Sequence record: OQ067375.1
DNA: 64,000 bases
Direction: 5' to 3' (one strand)
Source: Escherichia phage a48
In this document: piece by piece, positions 28,771 to 37,447 of the stretch
How positions within the stretch are numbered: the first letter of the stretch is position 1
Layout: each line of letters begins with the position of its first letter
The notes under the pieces: model-generated
The model's input: the letters and a program-made list of their open reading frames with translations, nothing else
The model's database searches: none
Told to the model about the DNA's origin: nothing
Program-made: the position numbers and the translations under genes

Positions 28771-29076
28771 CTAAAAGAAACTTCTTTCACAATTTTTTCC
28801 ACTGAACCAAGCACTTACCACTTTCTTAGTCTCAGGAGCAGTGTTATCCATAAACCATTCAAAGGCAGCCTTTTTATGATTCTGGAGGGCTTCTCGGGCT
28901 TTAATCTGCTCACGGTCTATTAACACTAACATATGAGCCTTTCTTGTCACCATGGGCTTCTTATGATTTTTTGAATACTCCCAATCATTTGTCCATCGCA
29001 TTGTTGTTGCGAACTGAAATACTGCTTCTTTAATCTTAGTTTCGTAAATTTCACGAGCCTTTGAGTATAACATCAC
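28771..29076 (-). CDS. hypothetical protein
   Basis: 101-aa ORF. Confidence 0.45.
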   Translation of the reverse strand: MMLYSKAREIYETKIKEAVFQFATTMRWTNDWEYSKNHKKPMVTRKAHMLVLIDREQIKAREALQNHKKAAFEWFMDNTAPETKKVVSAWFSGKNCERSFF

Positions 29077-29174
29077 TACCTCCGTTTACCAGTTTAATTC
29101 TAGTCATCTTTTTAATGGCAGTCCATATAATCTATTTCTGAACTGCCTTTTTGTCATAGAAGTCCTCTTATGAA

Positions 29175-30155
29175 TTATTTCAGAAGAGTAACCTCAGCAA
29201 TTTCTTCCCAACCGTTTTTGTCGGTCATAATAAAGTCAGCAAGATAAAGAGCAGTACGCAGTGAAACATTGCGTAAACGATTAACATTAACTTTCATCCA
29301 TGATAATGCTTTATAAGTTTCTTCATCAGAAAGACCACGCTTTTGCATCATGTCGGTTGAAAGAATAACATCTTCAACCCTGACCATAATTTCTTCATTA
29401 GTGTGAACACCCAAATCCAAATAAACCGAGCGGGACACTAATGCTTGTAAATGTGGAGCAAGTTTAGTACCACGGTCTAATTCGCGGTCAATGTCAACGT
29501 TTGTGATAAAAACAATCGTTCCTTTAAATTCAAACTCACGCTCAATGCCTTTTTCTTCTAAGTAAGAAGACGCAGTGCTCCAGCAGACTTTACGGGTCTC
29601 TCCAGTGTCCAGAGCAGCTTTCAGAAGATTAAGAATGTCCATATCAGAGAAAACATCCACATCATCAATCAAAAGGACAGAATTCTCTTCACGATTATTC
29701 CAGAGCTGTTCATAAAGACCGATACCAGAGATTTTACCGTTAATGCTTTTATATTCAATGTATCCAATATCATTTGCTTTATTTAAAGCTTTATCTAAAG
29801 AATATGTTTTACCTATACCTGCCGCGCCAGAGATAATTAATGAACGAATATTTCCATTAATAATACCATTCGTCATCATTCCCATAACATTAAATCTTTT
29901 ATTAATGCGGGTTTTCATATCTTCATATGATTCTTTAACTTCTTCAACTTTTACACCATCATATGAAATGTCTGATTTGTAAACCCAAACACCGCGACGC
30001 TTACCGTCAATTTCAACAAAAACTTTACCATCTCCTTGTGCATCTACCGGAGCATTATCTGGGAACCATTCACCTAAGAGCTCAAAAGTTCCAGAGATTT
30101 CTTTACCGAAGTAGATACCCTTATTGATAGTTACAGTTTTCATTTTATTCTCCAA
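29175..30155 (-). CDS. P-loop ATPase (AAA-like)
   Basis: 326-aa ORF; Walker A GAAGIGKT, Walker B VLLIDDVD; leader and first codons MENKMK shared with ORF 3578..3826. Confidence 0.65.
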   Translation of the reverse strand: MENKMKTVTINKGIYFGKEISGTFELLGEWFPDNAPVDAQGDGKVFVEIDGKRRGVWVYKSDISYDGVKVEEVKESYEDMKTRINKRFNVMGMMTNGIINGNIRSLIISGAAGIGKTYSLDKALNKANDIGYIEYKSINGKISGIGLYEQLWNNREENSVLLIDDVDVFSDMDILNLLKAALDTGETRKVCWSTASSYLEEKGIEREFEFKGTIVFITNVDIDRELDRGTKLAPHLQALVSRSVYLDLGVHTNEEIMVRVEDVILSTDMMQKRGLSDEETYKALSWMKVNVNRLRNVSLRTALYLADFIMTDKNGWEEIAEVTLLK

Positions 30156-30175
30156 ATCCGTATCAGTTGATAGTT

Positions 30176-30207
30176 GTATAGTACCATAAAGCTTTATGCT
30201 TGTAAAC
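30176..30207 (-). promoter_or_regulatory. T4-type early promoter (repeated cassette)
   Basis: gtatagtacc ... gtaaac block; drives the P-loop ATPase gene. Confidence 0.55.
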
Positions 30208-30237
30208 AGTTTTGTGAAAAATTTTTGAAATAAAAAA

Positions 30238-30255
30238 GGGAGCCCGAAGGCTCCC
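30238..30255 (-). other. intercistronic UUCG-tetraloop hairpin (after the nucleotidyltransferase-fold gene)
   Basis: Plus gggagcc-cgaa-ggctccc preceded by an A-run (U-run on the transcript). Confidence 0.6.
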
Positions 30256-30257
30256 TA

Positions 30258-31271
30258 TCATTTATAATAACTTCGGTGGTTTTCAAGATAGACCTTCTCA
30301 AGGAAGTCATCCCAGAAACTCATGTCTACTGTTTTAGGCATACCGTTCTTAGAAGCTTCAGTAGATGCTGCTTCTACTTGATCGACCACATCTTCCAAAA
30401 ACTCTTGAACGGTTTTAAATGGATGTTTACCCAACTTCACGTCGAGAATAAATGGAGCATCTTGAAGTGGATAAATCAAGTCGCCAGTTTTGTAAATTTC
30501 CAATAGTTGAAGTCCACCACGACAAGCATGACTCAAAGCTTTCCAGTCAATACCTTCATTGGCTTCAGCCTTACGAGCACGTTCACCATATTCAGCATCT
30601 AATTTGTTCAGTGACTGCTTAAGCTCAATAAGAGAAAGAGTTGTCTGATATTTACGACCCAACACTGTGTAAAACGTCTGTGGGCCTGTTTTCTCATGAT
30701 TATGGAACACCCATTCACAGAATTCGTTTTCTGGAAGACGATGCTTAATATCTTCAACTTTAGTGCGACGCTGCTTAATAGAACCATCTTCTTGGTAATC
30801 AACCCATTGCTCGGGGATTTGATTAACTACTTTCAATACATCACGTAATGCAGCCAAACGAGAACCCTTGACACCGTATTTAGAAGCTTGCTTGCGGACA
30901 TATCCTAAATATGATTTCATGTTAGTCGTATAAAAACGAGAACGGTTGTCTTGAATAAACTTCCACACATCAGGCAAATCAGATTTAACCACTAGTTCAG
31001 GTGGAGTGTGAAGCATATCCAATGCTACAGTTTCACCATCTGCCGCTAATTTAAAGAAATATTTAAGACTGTATAGTTCATGGTCAATATCATCTTTAGT
31101 GTTTTTAGATGATGTGTTGTTAGTGTTTTTACTCATGTGCTCTTTGACATTTCCGATAAGAATATCGCGAGCAGGAGGAACAAAGATTTCTTTAAAATCT
31201 ACATCAGATTCTGGGGTAGAAGTTCCATAAAGATGACTACCAAAATAGCTTTTCATTACTGTTTTCATCAT
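30258..31271 (-). CDS. nucleotidyltransferase-fold protein (Pol-beta superfamily)
   Basis: 337-aa ORF with GS...DxD motif YFGSHLYGTSTPESDVDF. Confidence 0.6.
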   Translation of the reverse strand: MMKTVMKSYFGSHLYGTSTPESDVDFKEIFVPPARDILIGNVKEHMSKNTNNTSSKNTKDDIDHELYSLKYFFKLAADGETVALDMLHTPPELVVKSDLPDVWKFIQDNRSRFYTTNMKSYLGYVRKQASKYGVKGSRLAALRDVLKVVNQIPEQWVDYQEDGSIKQRRTKVEDIKHRLPENEFCEWVFHNHEKTGPQTFYTVLGRKYQTTLSLIELKQSLNKLDAEYGERARKAEANEGIDWKALSHACRGGLQLLEIYKTGDLIYPLQDAPFILDVKLGKHPFKTVQEFLEDVVDQVEAASTEASKNGMPKTVDMSFWDDFLEKVYLENHRSYYK

Positions 31272-31729
31272 TCAGCCTTATATTCAATAACAGGACACAC
31301 TTTAGCTTTACGAGCTTTTAAAAATTCAACGATAATCGATTTCTTAGGTTGAATAGGAGGTAAACCTTTATACGCCCTATCAATATTTTCTACGTGTAAA
31401 GCATAATCCTTTTTCCATTTATAATCTTTATATTTTTCACGCAAATGTGCAGGAATAACAAATGAACCGATAATAAGTAAAACAACCAAAAGCGCAAGTA
31501 TAAATGCTGATGGAAGCAAAGTCCATAAACTACCAAAAATAAGCCAACGCTGTAGGCTTTCTGCACAAATAATTGTTAGCCCTACGAGTATAGCACATCC
31601 AAAAATAGAAACGAAAAATGTAGGAATGGCAATAGACCAAAAATATGCGCATAGTGTCTTAGGTCGTTGCCATTCATCGTTAAACAATTTGAATAATTTA
31701 TAGTGCCAAGAGTTTTCATTAATAATCAT
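31268..31729 (-). CDS. integral membrane protein
   Basis: 153-aa ORF with about three hydrophobic helices. Confidence 0.5.
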   Translation of the reverse strand: MIINENSWHYKLFKLFNDEWQRPKTLCAYFWSIAIPTFFVSIFGCAILVGLTIICAESLQRWLIFGSLWTLLPSAFILALLVVLLIIGSFVIPAHLREKYKDYKWKKDYALHVENIDRAYKGLPPIQPKKSIIVEFLKARKAKVCPVIEYKAE

Positions 31730-31731
31730 AA

Positions 31732-32253
31732 TTATCCTTTCATTGAAGGCGTAACGGTTGTTAAATACTTAATCATAGCTTCAGCTTCTGATTTTGATAA
31801 TGAAATTTCTTCATTGTTTTGACGAATAGAAATAAAATCCGGATGACGGTCACCACCAGCTTTTAAAACACACATATAAGTATCAGTTTCATCTTCAATA
31901 TCTGAAATGATTGAAGCAGTTCCACATGAATGTGGTTTTTGATAAATCAATACAGCTTTTCTTCCACCGTTTGACTGTTCATAAACTTTTAACACATCAA
32001 ACAAATCGCTTCTTTTATCAATAGCTAAGATGTTGTTTTCATCTTCAATATTAAATCCTTCGGATACTTCATAAAGTGTCACCCATAAATCACCAATATC
32101 AATAACAGCGTTCACTTTTCCATGACTTTCAAGAGCATGACAAATTTTCTTGATTTCGTCATAACTCATTTTAATAATATCATCTCCTTGAATAAGAAAG
32201 ATGTCATTTTTAAATTCAACACGAATTAAACCACTTCCACTTGAAATAAACAT
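31732..32253 (-). CDS. hypothetical protein (paralog pair member)
   Basis: 173-aa ORF; shares GFNIE(D/S)E and C-terminal EAxAxxxYLxxVxPxM motifs with 32260..32817. Confidence 0.55.
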   Translation of the reverse strand: MFISSGSGLIRVEFKNDIFLIQGDDIIKMSYDEIKKICHALESHGKVNAVIDIGDLWVTLYEVSEGFNIEDENNILAIDKRSDLFDVLKVYEQSNGGRKAVLIYQKPHSCGTASIISDIEDETDTYMCVLKAGGDRHPDFISIRQNNEEISLSKSEAEAMIKYLTTVTPSMKG

Positions 32254-32259
32254 ATTTCC

Positions 32260-32817
32260 TCACTTTGAAATCATAGTTGGAATGACAGAATCAAGATAAG
32301 TCTTTAGCGCAATAGCTTCGTCTTTGGTAAATGTGACAATATGTGATCGAAAATCGTCAATTTGGCGAATAGTTAAGACATCTCCATCTTCATAACATTT
32401 TGATACGTTTAAAACAGTTTCATCATTCTGACTGCAAGCGTTAGTAATAATAGCATTGCAATTTTTAAACCATTTTAAACTATGTTTTCTTTCATTAGAA
32501 TAATAAAAATATTTAATCTTATCTATAAAACTATCCCAATGGATAACTGATAAACACATTGACTCGCTTTCAATATTAAATCCTGGGCATGAAGAATAAA
32601 AATGAACTTTATTCTCATCATTGATGCTTACAATTTTATCAGTATAAGGATTTTCAATTTGGGTTAAATGAATGATTTCACTAGGCGTAAAATATAGCAT
32701 ATCGTCTTCTTGTGTCAAACGATACATATTATTTACTTTTTCTATAGCTAATTCACCAAAAAGCGGACTAACTTCTAATACTAATCGTTTCATATTGATT
32801 CTCTTCGACTCACTCAC
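32260..32817 (-). CDS. hypothetical protein (paralog pair member)
   Basis: 185-aa ORF; shares motifs with 31732..32253. Confidence 0.55.
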   Translation of the reverse strand: MSESKRINMKRLVLEVSPLFGELAIEKVNNMYRLTQEDDMLYFTPSEIIHLTQIENPYTDKIVSINDENKVHFYSSCPGFNIESESMCLSVIHWDSFIDKIKYFYYSNERKHSLKWFKNCNAIITNACSQNDETVLNVSKCYEDGDVLTIRQIDDFRSHIVTFTKDEAIALKTYLDSVIPTMISK

Positions 32818-32951
32818 AATTACATACTCCTTTGAATAATATCAATAATGTTGTTCACCAGATTATAAGTAAACATTGGGTAATTATATTGAATCATCAC
32901 ATACACAACAAACAAAACTTTCATTCTCTTCTCCTTGGCAATTGACAAGAT

Positions 32952-32982
32952 TACTATACCATAACCTTGCCAACTTGTAAAC
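32952..32982 (-). promoter_or_regulatory. T4-type early promoter
   Basis: Minus sense GTTTAC ... TGgTATAGT upstream of ORF 32260..32817. Confidence 0.45.
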
Positions 32983-32984
32983 CA

Positions 32985-33158
32985 TTAAATGACGTTTTCA
33001 ATAAAATTCTGAAGCTTTGTATGAGCATCAACCATGATTTTCAATTCTTCTTTAGCGAAAGCTGTACCTCTTTCACGAGAAGAACATTCATAGTCAGAAA
33101 CTGCATTAGCATATTCTTCAATTAGCTTCATTAAAAACATCTGCTTTTCAGTTTTCAT
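32985..33158 (-). CDS. hypothetical small protein
   Basis: 57-aa ORF MKTEKQMFLMKLIEEYANAV... translated by hand. Confidence 0.3.
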   Translation of the reverse strand: MKTEKQMFLMKLIEEYANAVSDYECSSRERGTAFAKEELKIMVDAHTKLQNFIENVI

Positions 33159-33342
33159 TATTCCACCTAATCATTTCAAGATATTGAACTAACTTAGCTT
33201 TAGATTTATCCAAATCCCTTTTAGCTGCTTCTATACCGTCGTATGAATATCCTTCACAATGCTCAACTGCTAATTGATATGAATCTATTTCAATATCATG
33301 CGCTAATTTAATGATTTTTTCAAACTGTTCGCGTGTTAGCAT
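33148..33342 (-). CDS. hypothetical small protein
   Basis: 64-aa ORF. Confidence 0.4.
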   Translation of the reverse strand: MLTREQFEKIIKLAHDIEIDSYQLAVEHCEGYSYDGIEAAKRDLDKSKAKLVQYLEMIRWNNEN

Positions 33343-33344
33343 AC

Positions 33345-33563
33345 TTACACTCTCGTATTATGATCGATAATTTCATCAAGAAACATATCTAACGCTTCTA
33401 CAGCATTATCAACTTTAGCTTCAAATTCTTCAATACCTGATAAGGCAAAGTTAATGCGTTCCTCATCTGCTTTACGAATTAAAGCTATCAATTCCTTAAT
33501 TTTATCCACTTGTTCGATACTAATCATTATTCCACCACATATGAAAGAGAGAATATTGCACAC
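33345..33563 (-). CDS. hypothetical small acidic protein
   Basis: 72-aa ORF. Confidence 0.45.
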
Positions 33564-33715
33564 GCCATGTGAGTTGCAACTTCATCACACATATTATAAC
33601 GTTTCTTAAGAAGTTCTACAAGTTCTTCACTAGTAACTTCATCCATGTCGACGAAAAAATCACCATTAATGATGACGTAGATATTTCCTTCTTGATTGAG
33701 TGCTTCAATTTTCAT
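33527..33715 (-). CDS. hypothetical small acidic protein
   Basis: 62 aa from internal start [11 protein letters not shown], which lies downstream of the predicted transcription start of the early promoter at 33732..33764. Confidence 0.4.
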
Positions 33716-33731
33716 GATGTTCTCCTCTTTA

Positions 33732-33764
33732 TCCGATAGTTGTATAGTACCACAGCTCAAACGG
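33732..33764 (-). promoter_or_regulatory. T4-type early promoter (repeated cassette)
   Basis: gtatagtacc ... gtaaac block upstream of ORF 33527..33715. Confidence 0.5.
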
Positions 33765-33788
33765 AAAGTAAACCGGTAAAATGAAAAA

Positions 33789-33806
33789 AGTCTCCCGAAG
33801 GAGACT
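33789..33806 (-). other. intercistronic UUCG-tetraloop hairpin (downstream of rI.-1-like gene)
   Basis: Plus agtctcc-cgaa-ggagact preceded by an A-run. Confidence 0.6.
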
Positions 33807-33810
33807 AATG

Positions 33811-34197
33811 TTATTCGAGGGAAAGAAGATACTTACTTTGGTAAAACATTCCAGTAATATCATCTATCGTGCTTTGGATGGCTGGAGGCATTTCTTTATA
33901 AATGCTGTTAGATTGGTCTAGTATACGATCAATCATTTTAATTGTGTCGGTAGGAAGTTTACTGGCATCTGGAATTGAAGGCGTGTATTTTCTACCAGAA
34001 TACCCCAAATATTGCTCACCAAATTTATCAATCAAATCTGGCAACTCGGAGAAAATAAAATCGTATGCTTTGTGTCTAGCATAACTTTTAGTTTCAAAAT
34101 GTGCAGAATGAAAATAAGCTTGTGCAGCCATTAATAAACCTAAATATTCATCTGCCTTTGAAGGTTTTCCACTTTGTGAAAAGTCGCTGAATTTCAT
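33811..34197 (-). CDS. hypothetical protein upstream of rI (rI.-1-like)
   Basis: 128-aa ORF adjacent to rI. Confidence 0.55.
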
Positions 34198-34487
34198 TCA
34201 GTCTCCAATTTAATGTTCATAATTCTAGCGTATGATTGTGCCATCTCCGCGCCTCGCTCTATACATTCAAAATCAGAAGAGCACGGGTCATTTTTATAGG
34301 TCGTTCTCATAAAACTATAGAATTGTTCAGACGATTCTACGCTTTTATTTTCAAAAAGCATATAAACGTGCCTAATACCAGATTCCATAAATTTATCAAA
34401 ATGAGGATCGACATTCGCTTCAATCGGTGGAGATAAAACAAATGACAATCCTAGCATGGCAAATAGTGCCGTTGCTTTTAAGGCCAT
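34194..34487 (-). CDS. rI: lysis inhibition regulator RI
   Basis: 97-aa ORF with N-terminal signal-anchor MALKATALFAMLGLSFVL and periplasmic domain, length as T4 RI. Confidence 0.85.
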   Translation of the reverse strand: MALKATALFAMLGLSFVLSPPIEANVDPHFDKFMESGIRHVYMLFENKSVESSEQFYSFMRTTYKNDPCSSDFECIERGAEMAQSYARIMNIKLETE

Positions 34488-34499
34488 AAAGGCCTCCTA

Positions 34500-34712
34500 T
34501 CATTTTTGTCCTGTATTTACTTTATGCCGATGCACGGCCTTAACTTTATCAAGGTATTTTTCAAAATTTCGCAATCTAGCATAGTCTGCCAGAGATTGGT
34601 TGAGTGATACTTCTCGACGCAAAGCTGAAATGATATTTCCAACTTCCCTACGAATTTCATCTAATTGAAGCACAGTAAGATTGCGAAGTTGCTTTTCAGT
34701 TAATTGTAGCAT
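34500..34712 (-). CDS. hypothetical protein (rI.1-like)
   Basis: 70-aa ORF between tk and rI. Confidence 0.5.
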   Translation of the reverse strand: MLQLTEKQLRNLTVLQLDEIRREVGNIISALRREVSLNQSLADYARLRNFEKYLDKVKAVHRHKVNTGQK

Positions 34713-34754
34713 ATATACCCCTTTAGTTAGATAAACCTATTTATAACTTTTGCA

Positions 34755-35336
34755 CTAACCGAGCTTTTTAGTTAATTCATTCCAATGTTTTCTACACAAA
34801 GAAACATAAATTTCATCACCAATACAGATTTGATTACCTTCTTTAACTGGTGTTCCATCTTCCATTAATCGAGCTGTCATAATCGCTTTTTTGCCGCAAT
34901 GACAAACTGCCTTTAGTTCAATAAGTTTATCTGCAATCGCTAAAAGTTCTTTAGAACCTTCAAACAATTTTCCAGCGAAATCAGTCCTTAATCCATAAGC
35001 CATAACAGGAACATTATATGTATCAACAATTCGACTTAATTGATGCACCTGTTCAGTTTTTAAAAACTGAGCTTCATCTACAAATACGCAATGAATATCT
35101 TTTTGTGCTTCAGCCCATTTATAGAACTCGAAAATATCCATATCATCTGTAATAATATTCGCTTCCTGCTTAATTCCAATGCGAGAAACGACTTCACAGA
35201 CAGAATCGCGAGTATCAATAGCAGGCTTAAGAACTAATACACTCATTCCACGTTCTTTATAATTATGTGCAGCAGTCAAAAGAGAAGCAGATTTTCCAGC
35301 ATTCATTGCTGCATAAGTAAAAATTAAACTCGCCAT
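34755..35336 (-). CDS. tk: thymidine kinase
   Basis: 193-aa ORF MASLIFTYAAMNAGKSASLL with P-loop and C-terminal zinc cysteines. Confidence 0.93.
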   Translation of the reverse strand: MASLIFTYAAMNAGKSASLLTAAHNYKERGMSVLVLKPAIDTRDSVCEVVSRIGIKQEANIITDDMDIFEFYKWAEAQKDIHCVFVDEAQFLKTEQVHQLSRIVDTYNVPVMAYGLRTDFAGKLFEGSKELLAIADKLIELKAVCHCGKKAIMTARLMEDGTPVKEGNQICIGDEIYVSLCRKHWNELTKKLG

Positions 35337-35345
35337 ATCACCTTC

Positions 35346-35531
35346 TTAAAGCGTATTCACATAAGCTATTAATTCGTTTTCTTTCTTATCAAACCGATCA
35401 GCAAATTCTTCTTGCTGATCGGGAGATAGCGGGCCATATTCATCATAAAAGGTGTTTGCTTCTGTATGCTCATCTAGAAGTTCATGGATAAGCTCAAACA
35501 ATTTATCTTTTTGTTCTTTACTCAGACTCAT
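35346..35531 (-). CDS. hypothetical acidic protein (tk.1-like)
   Basis: 61-aa ORF. Confidence 0.5.
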   Translation of the reverse strand: MSLSKEQKDKLFELIHELLDEHTEANTFYDEYGPLSPDQQEEFADRFDKKENELIAYVNTL

Positions 35532-35701
35532 ATATTAATTTCCAGGAGTTTTAAAATAATTCGCTTTTGCTTAAATATTTCCATAGTTAAATGACCAGTA
35601 TCTTTTTGACCGATTCCAATGGCAAAACCTTTATTGACAGCGAGTTCAATTAAATTATCAAGCTCACGTAACACTTCATATTGTAACTCAAAACTATTCA
35701 T
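35528..35701 (-). CDS. hypothetical small protein
   Basis: 57-aa ORF MNSFELQYEVLRELDNLIELAVNKG... translated by hand; stop overlaps the next ATG (ATATGA). Confidence 0.35.
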   Translation of the reverse strand: MNSFELQYEVLRELDNLIELAVNKGFAIGIGQKDTGHLTMEIFKQKRIILKLLEINI

Positions 35702-35925
35702 TTTGGTTTACCTTCTTTAACGAAATCGGGATAAGGATAAAATCCTGAATAAAATCCTTCACCTTTATGATTGATGCATCCTTTATTAGAACAATAGCAC
35801 CAATAATCGAAATCACAAGCCATTTCATCATTACATAAAGCAAAAACAACAGGCCATTTACACTTTTCACAATGTGCATTTTTAAGAATACTAGTTTGGC
35901 TCATAACCATGTAACCTTTAAGCAA
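35698..35925 (-). CDS. cysteine-rich small protein
   Basis: 75-aa ORF with CEKC...CNDEMACDFDYWCYCSNKGC. Confidence 0.4.
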   Translation of the reverse strand: MLKGYMVMSQTSILKNAHCEKCKWPVVFALCNDEMACDFDYWCYCSNKGCINHKGEGFYSGFYPYPDFVKEGKPK

Positions 35926-36113
35926 TATTCTTCTACGTGCTGTTTACGACCTTTCTTATCAATAAAGGTATATTCAACGAATGTTCCAATATAGTCTTTA
36001 TCTACATCATGCGGACTATTAATTGGGCATTTAGTACGGCAAATGCGTTCCCATTGACGAATAATTTCCGCTTTGTTTTTAGGGTCAAACGGATGCGGGT
36101 AATGTGCTTTCAT
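35901..36113 (-). CDS. hypothetical small protein
   Basis: 70-aa ORF. Confidence 0.4.
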   Translation of the reverse strand: MKAHYPHPFDPKNKAEIIRQWERICRTKCPINSPHDVDKDYIGTFVEYTFIDKKGRKQHVEEYCLKVTWL

Positions 36114-36564
36114 AATCCACCACTATTAAATCAATATCAGGAGTAAACATGTCGATTAATTTAGAAACCTTATCCCAATCACCGCCAGCAATACCGCAAC
36201 CTATGCGTGGAATATAAATTACAGGTTTAAACAAAAGGGTTTCTGCCTGTAGATTTAATTCTATCATGCAGTTTACTAAAGCACCATAATCAAGATTAGG
36301 ACCCGGTTCGTATTGTGTATACAGGTTATAGCATATACCAAATCCTGTAGGATTATGTTTAAAAACAATAGACATATCGCCTAATTTATCACGAGAACCG
36401 TACTCGGTAGTGGTTTTATCTATTTCTAAAATTTTGGGATAGGCTCTTGCTAATTGACCTGCTACGCCAGAGCCCATTGTGTGGAAGCAATTACACCCGT
36501 GCGCAATAATATTACCTTGAAGAAATAGGGCGACAATATCGCCCTTGATATATTTTACAATCAT
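36085..36564 (-). CDS. macro-domain protein (predicted ADP-ribose binding/hydrolase)
   Basis: 159-aa ORF; GDIVALFLQGNIIAHGCNCFHTMGSGVAGQLA and IPRIGCGIAGGD match the two glycine-rich macro-domain motifs. Confidence 0.6.
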   Translation of the reverse strand: MIVKYIKGDIVALFLQGNIIAHGCNCFHTMGSGVAGQLARAYPKILEIDKTTTEYGSRDKLGDMSIVFKHNPTGFGICYNLYTQYEPGPNLDYGALVNCMIELNLQAETLLFKPVIYIPRIGCGIAGGDWDKVSKLIDMFTPDIDLIVVDYESTLPASV

Positions 36565-36902
36565 CTAGTACTCAATCCTCGATTATAAGAATCTACTAAA
36601 CGGTCAACCATTGAATGACAAGCGGCTTTGTCTTTCTCCTCCGCAACTGAACATTCTAAGGTATTCCACTTTTTAGCATATCGTTTTAACAATGTATCAT
36701 TTTTATATCTGCTTGATTTATCTCTTTCTCCGTCTTTATATGCATATATTAATTTCTGCGCAAATTCAGCTTGACATGCTTTATTTTTCCCGCAATAATC
36801 CGCGGCAGTACGGTTTACATACTCTCTAATTTCAGTATATGATGTATTTGCTAACGCAGAAAATGAAATTAATCCTACACATAAAACCAAAATTTTAGTC
36901 AT
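36561..36902 (-). CDS. secreted cysteine-containing protein
   Basis: 113-aa ORF with signal peptide MTKILVLCVGLISFSALA. Confidence 0.5.
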   Translation of the reverse strand: MTKILVLCVGLISFSALANTSYTEIREYVNRTAADYCGKNKACQAEFAQKLIYAYKDGERDKSSRYKNDTLLKRYAKKWNTLECSVAEEKDKAACHSMVDRLVDSYNRGLSTR

Positions 36903-37440
36903 TTACTATTTCCAAAAGTTTATTATTTTTAAGGTAATTAGCCTTTTCTAGGACTTCAGAAGCATATTTAGAACCAGCTTTAACATTCCATCCCGAATTA
37001 TAAGAGGATATTGCTTTTCTTATATCGCCCTTATGTATATTTAACCAATAAGAAAGTTCAATGTACGCCCAGGAAGCTGAATTGGATCGTTTATTCAACA
37101 TTCTTTTTATTTCAGCATCAGTCATATTATAACCAAGTTCCTTAACTCTCGCTCGCATAGTAGGCAAATAATTTTGGAACATTCCGTAGGCGTGATGCTT
37201 TGGTTTAGATTTTAAATTAACTCCGCCAGAGCTTTCTTGCCATAAAATGGCTGCCATTATATGACCTAATCCACTCTTGTGGATGTTTTTGTGTGTTTTA
37301 TATTTTCCATCCTTAGAAAATTGTTCCCCGAATTGATACGCGTAACGCATGTTATCGAGTTGGACATTACTGAAAGTATGCTCGGAGCTATGTGCCATCA
37401 TTGAAATGGCCAATAGACCAGCGAGTAGTGCTTTTCTCAT
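36895..37440 (-). CDS. periplasmic lytic-transglycosylase-like protein
   Basis: 181-aa ORF with signal peptide and SLT-like segment WQESSGG...AYGMFQ. Confidence 0.6.
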   Translation of the reverse strand: MRKALLAGLLAISMMAHSSEHTFSNVQLDNMRYAYQFGEQFSKDGKYKTHKNIHKSGLGHIMAAILWQESSGGVNLKSKPKHHAYGMFQNYLPTMRARVKELGYNMTDAEIKRMLNKRSNSASWAYIELSYWLNIHKGDIRKAISSYNSGWNVKAGSKYASEVLEKANYLKNNKLLEIVND

Positions 37441-37447
37441 GCTTACC

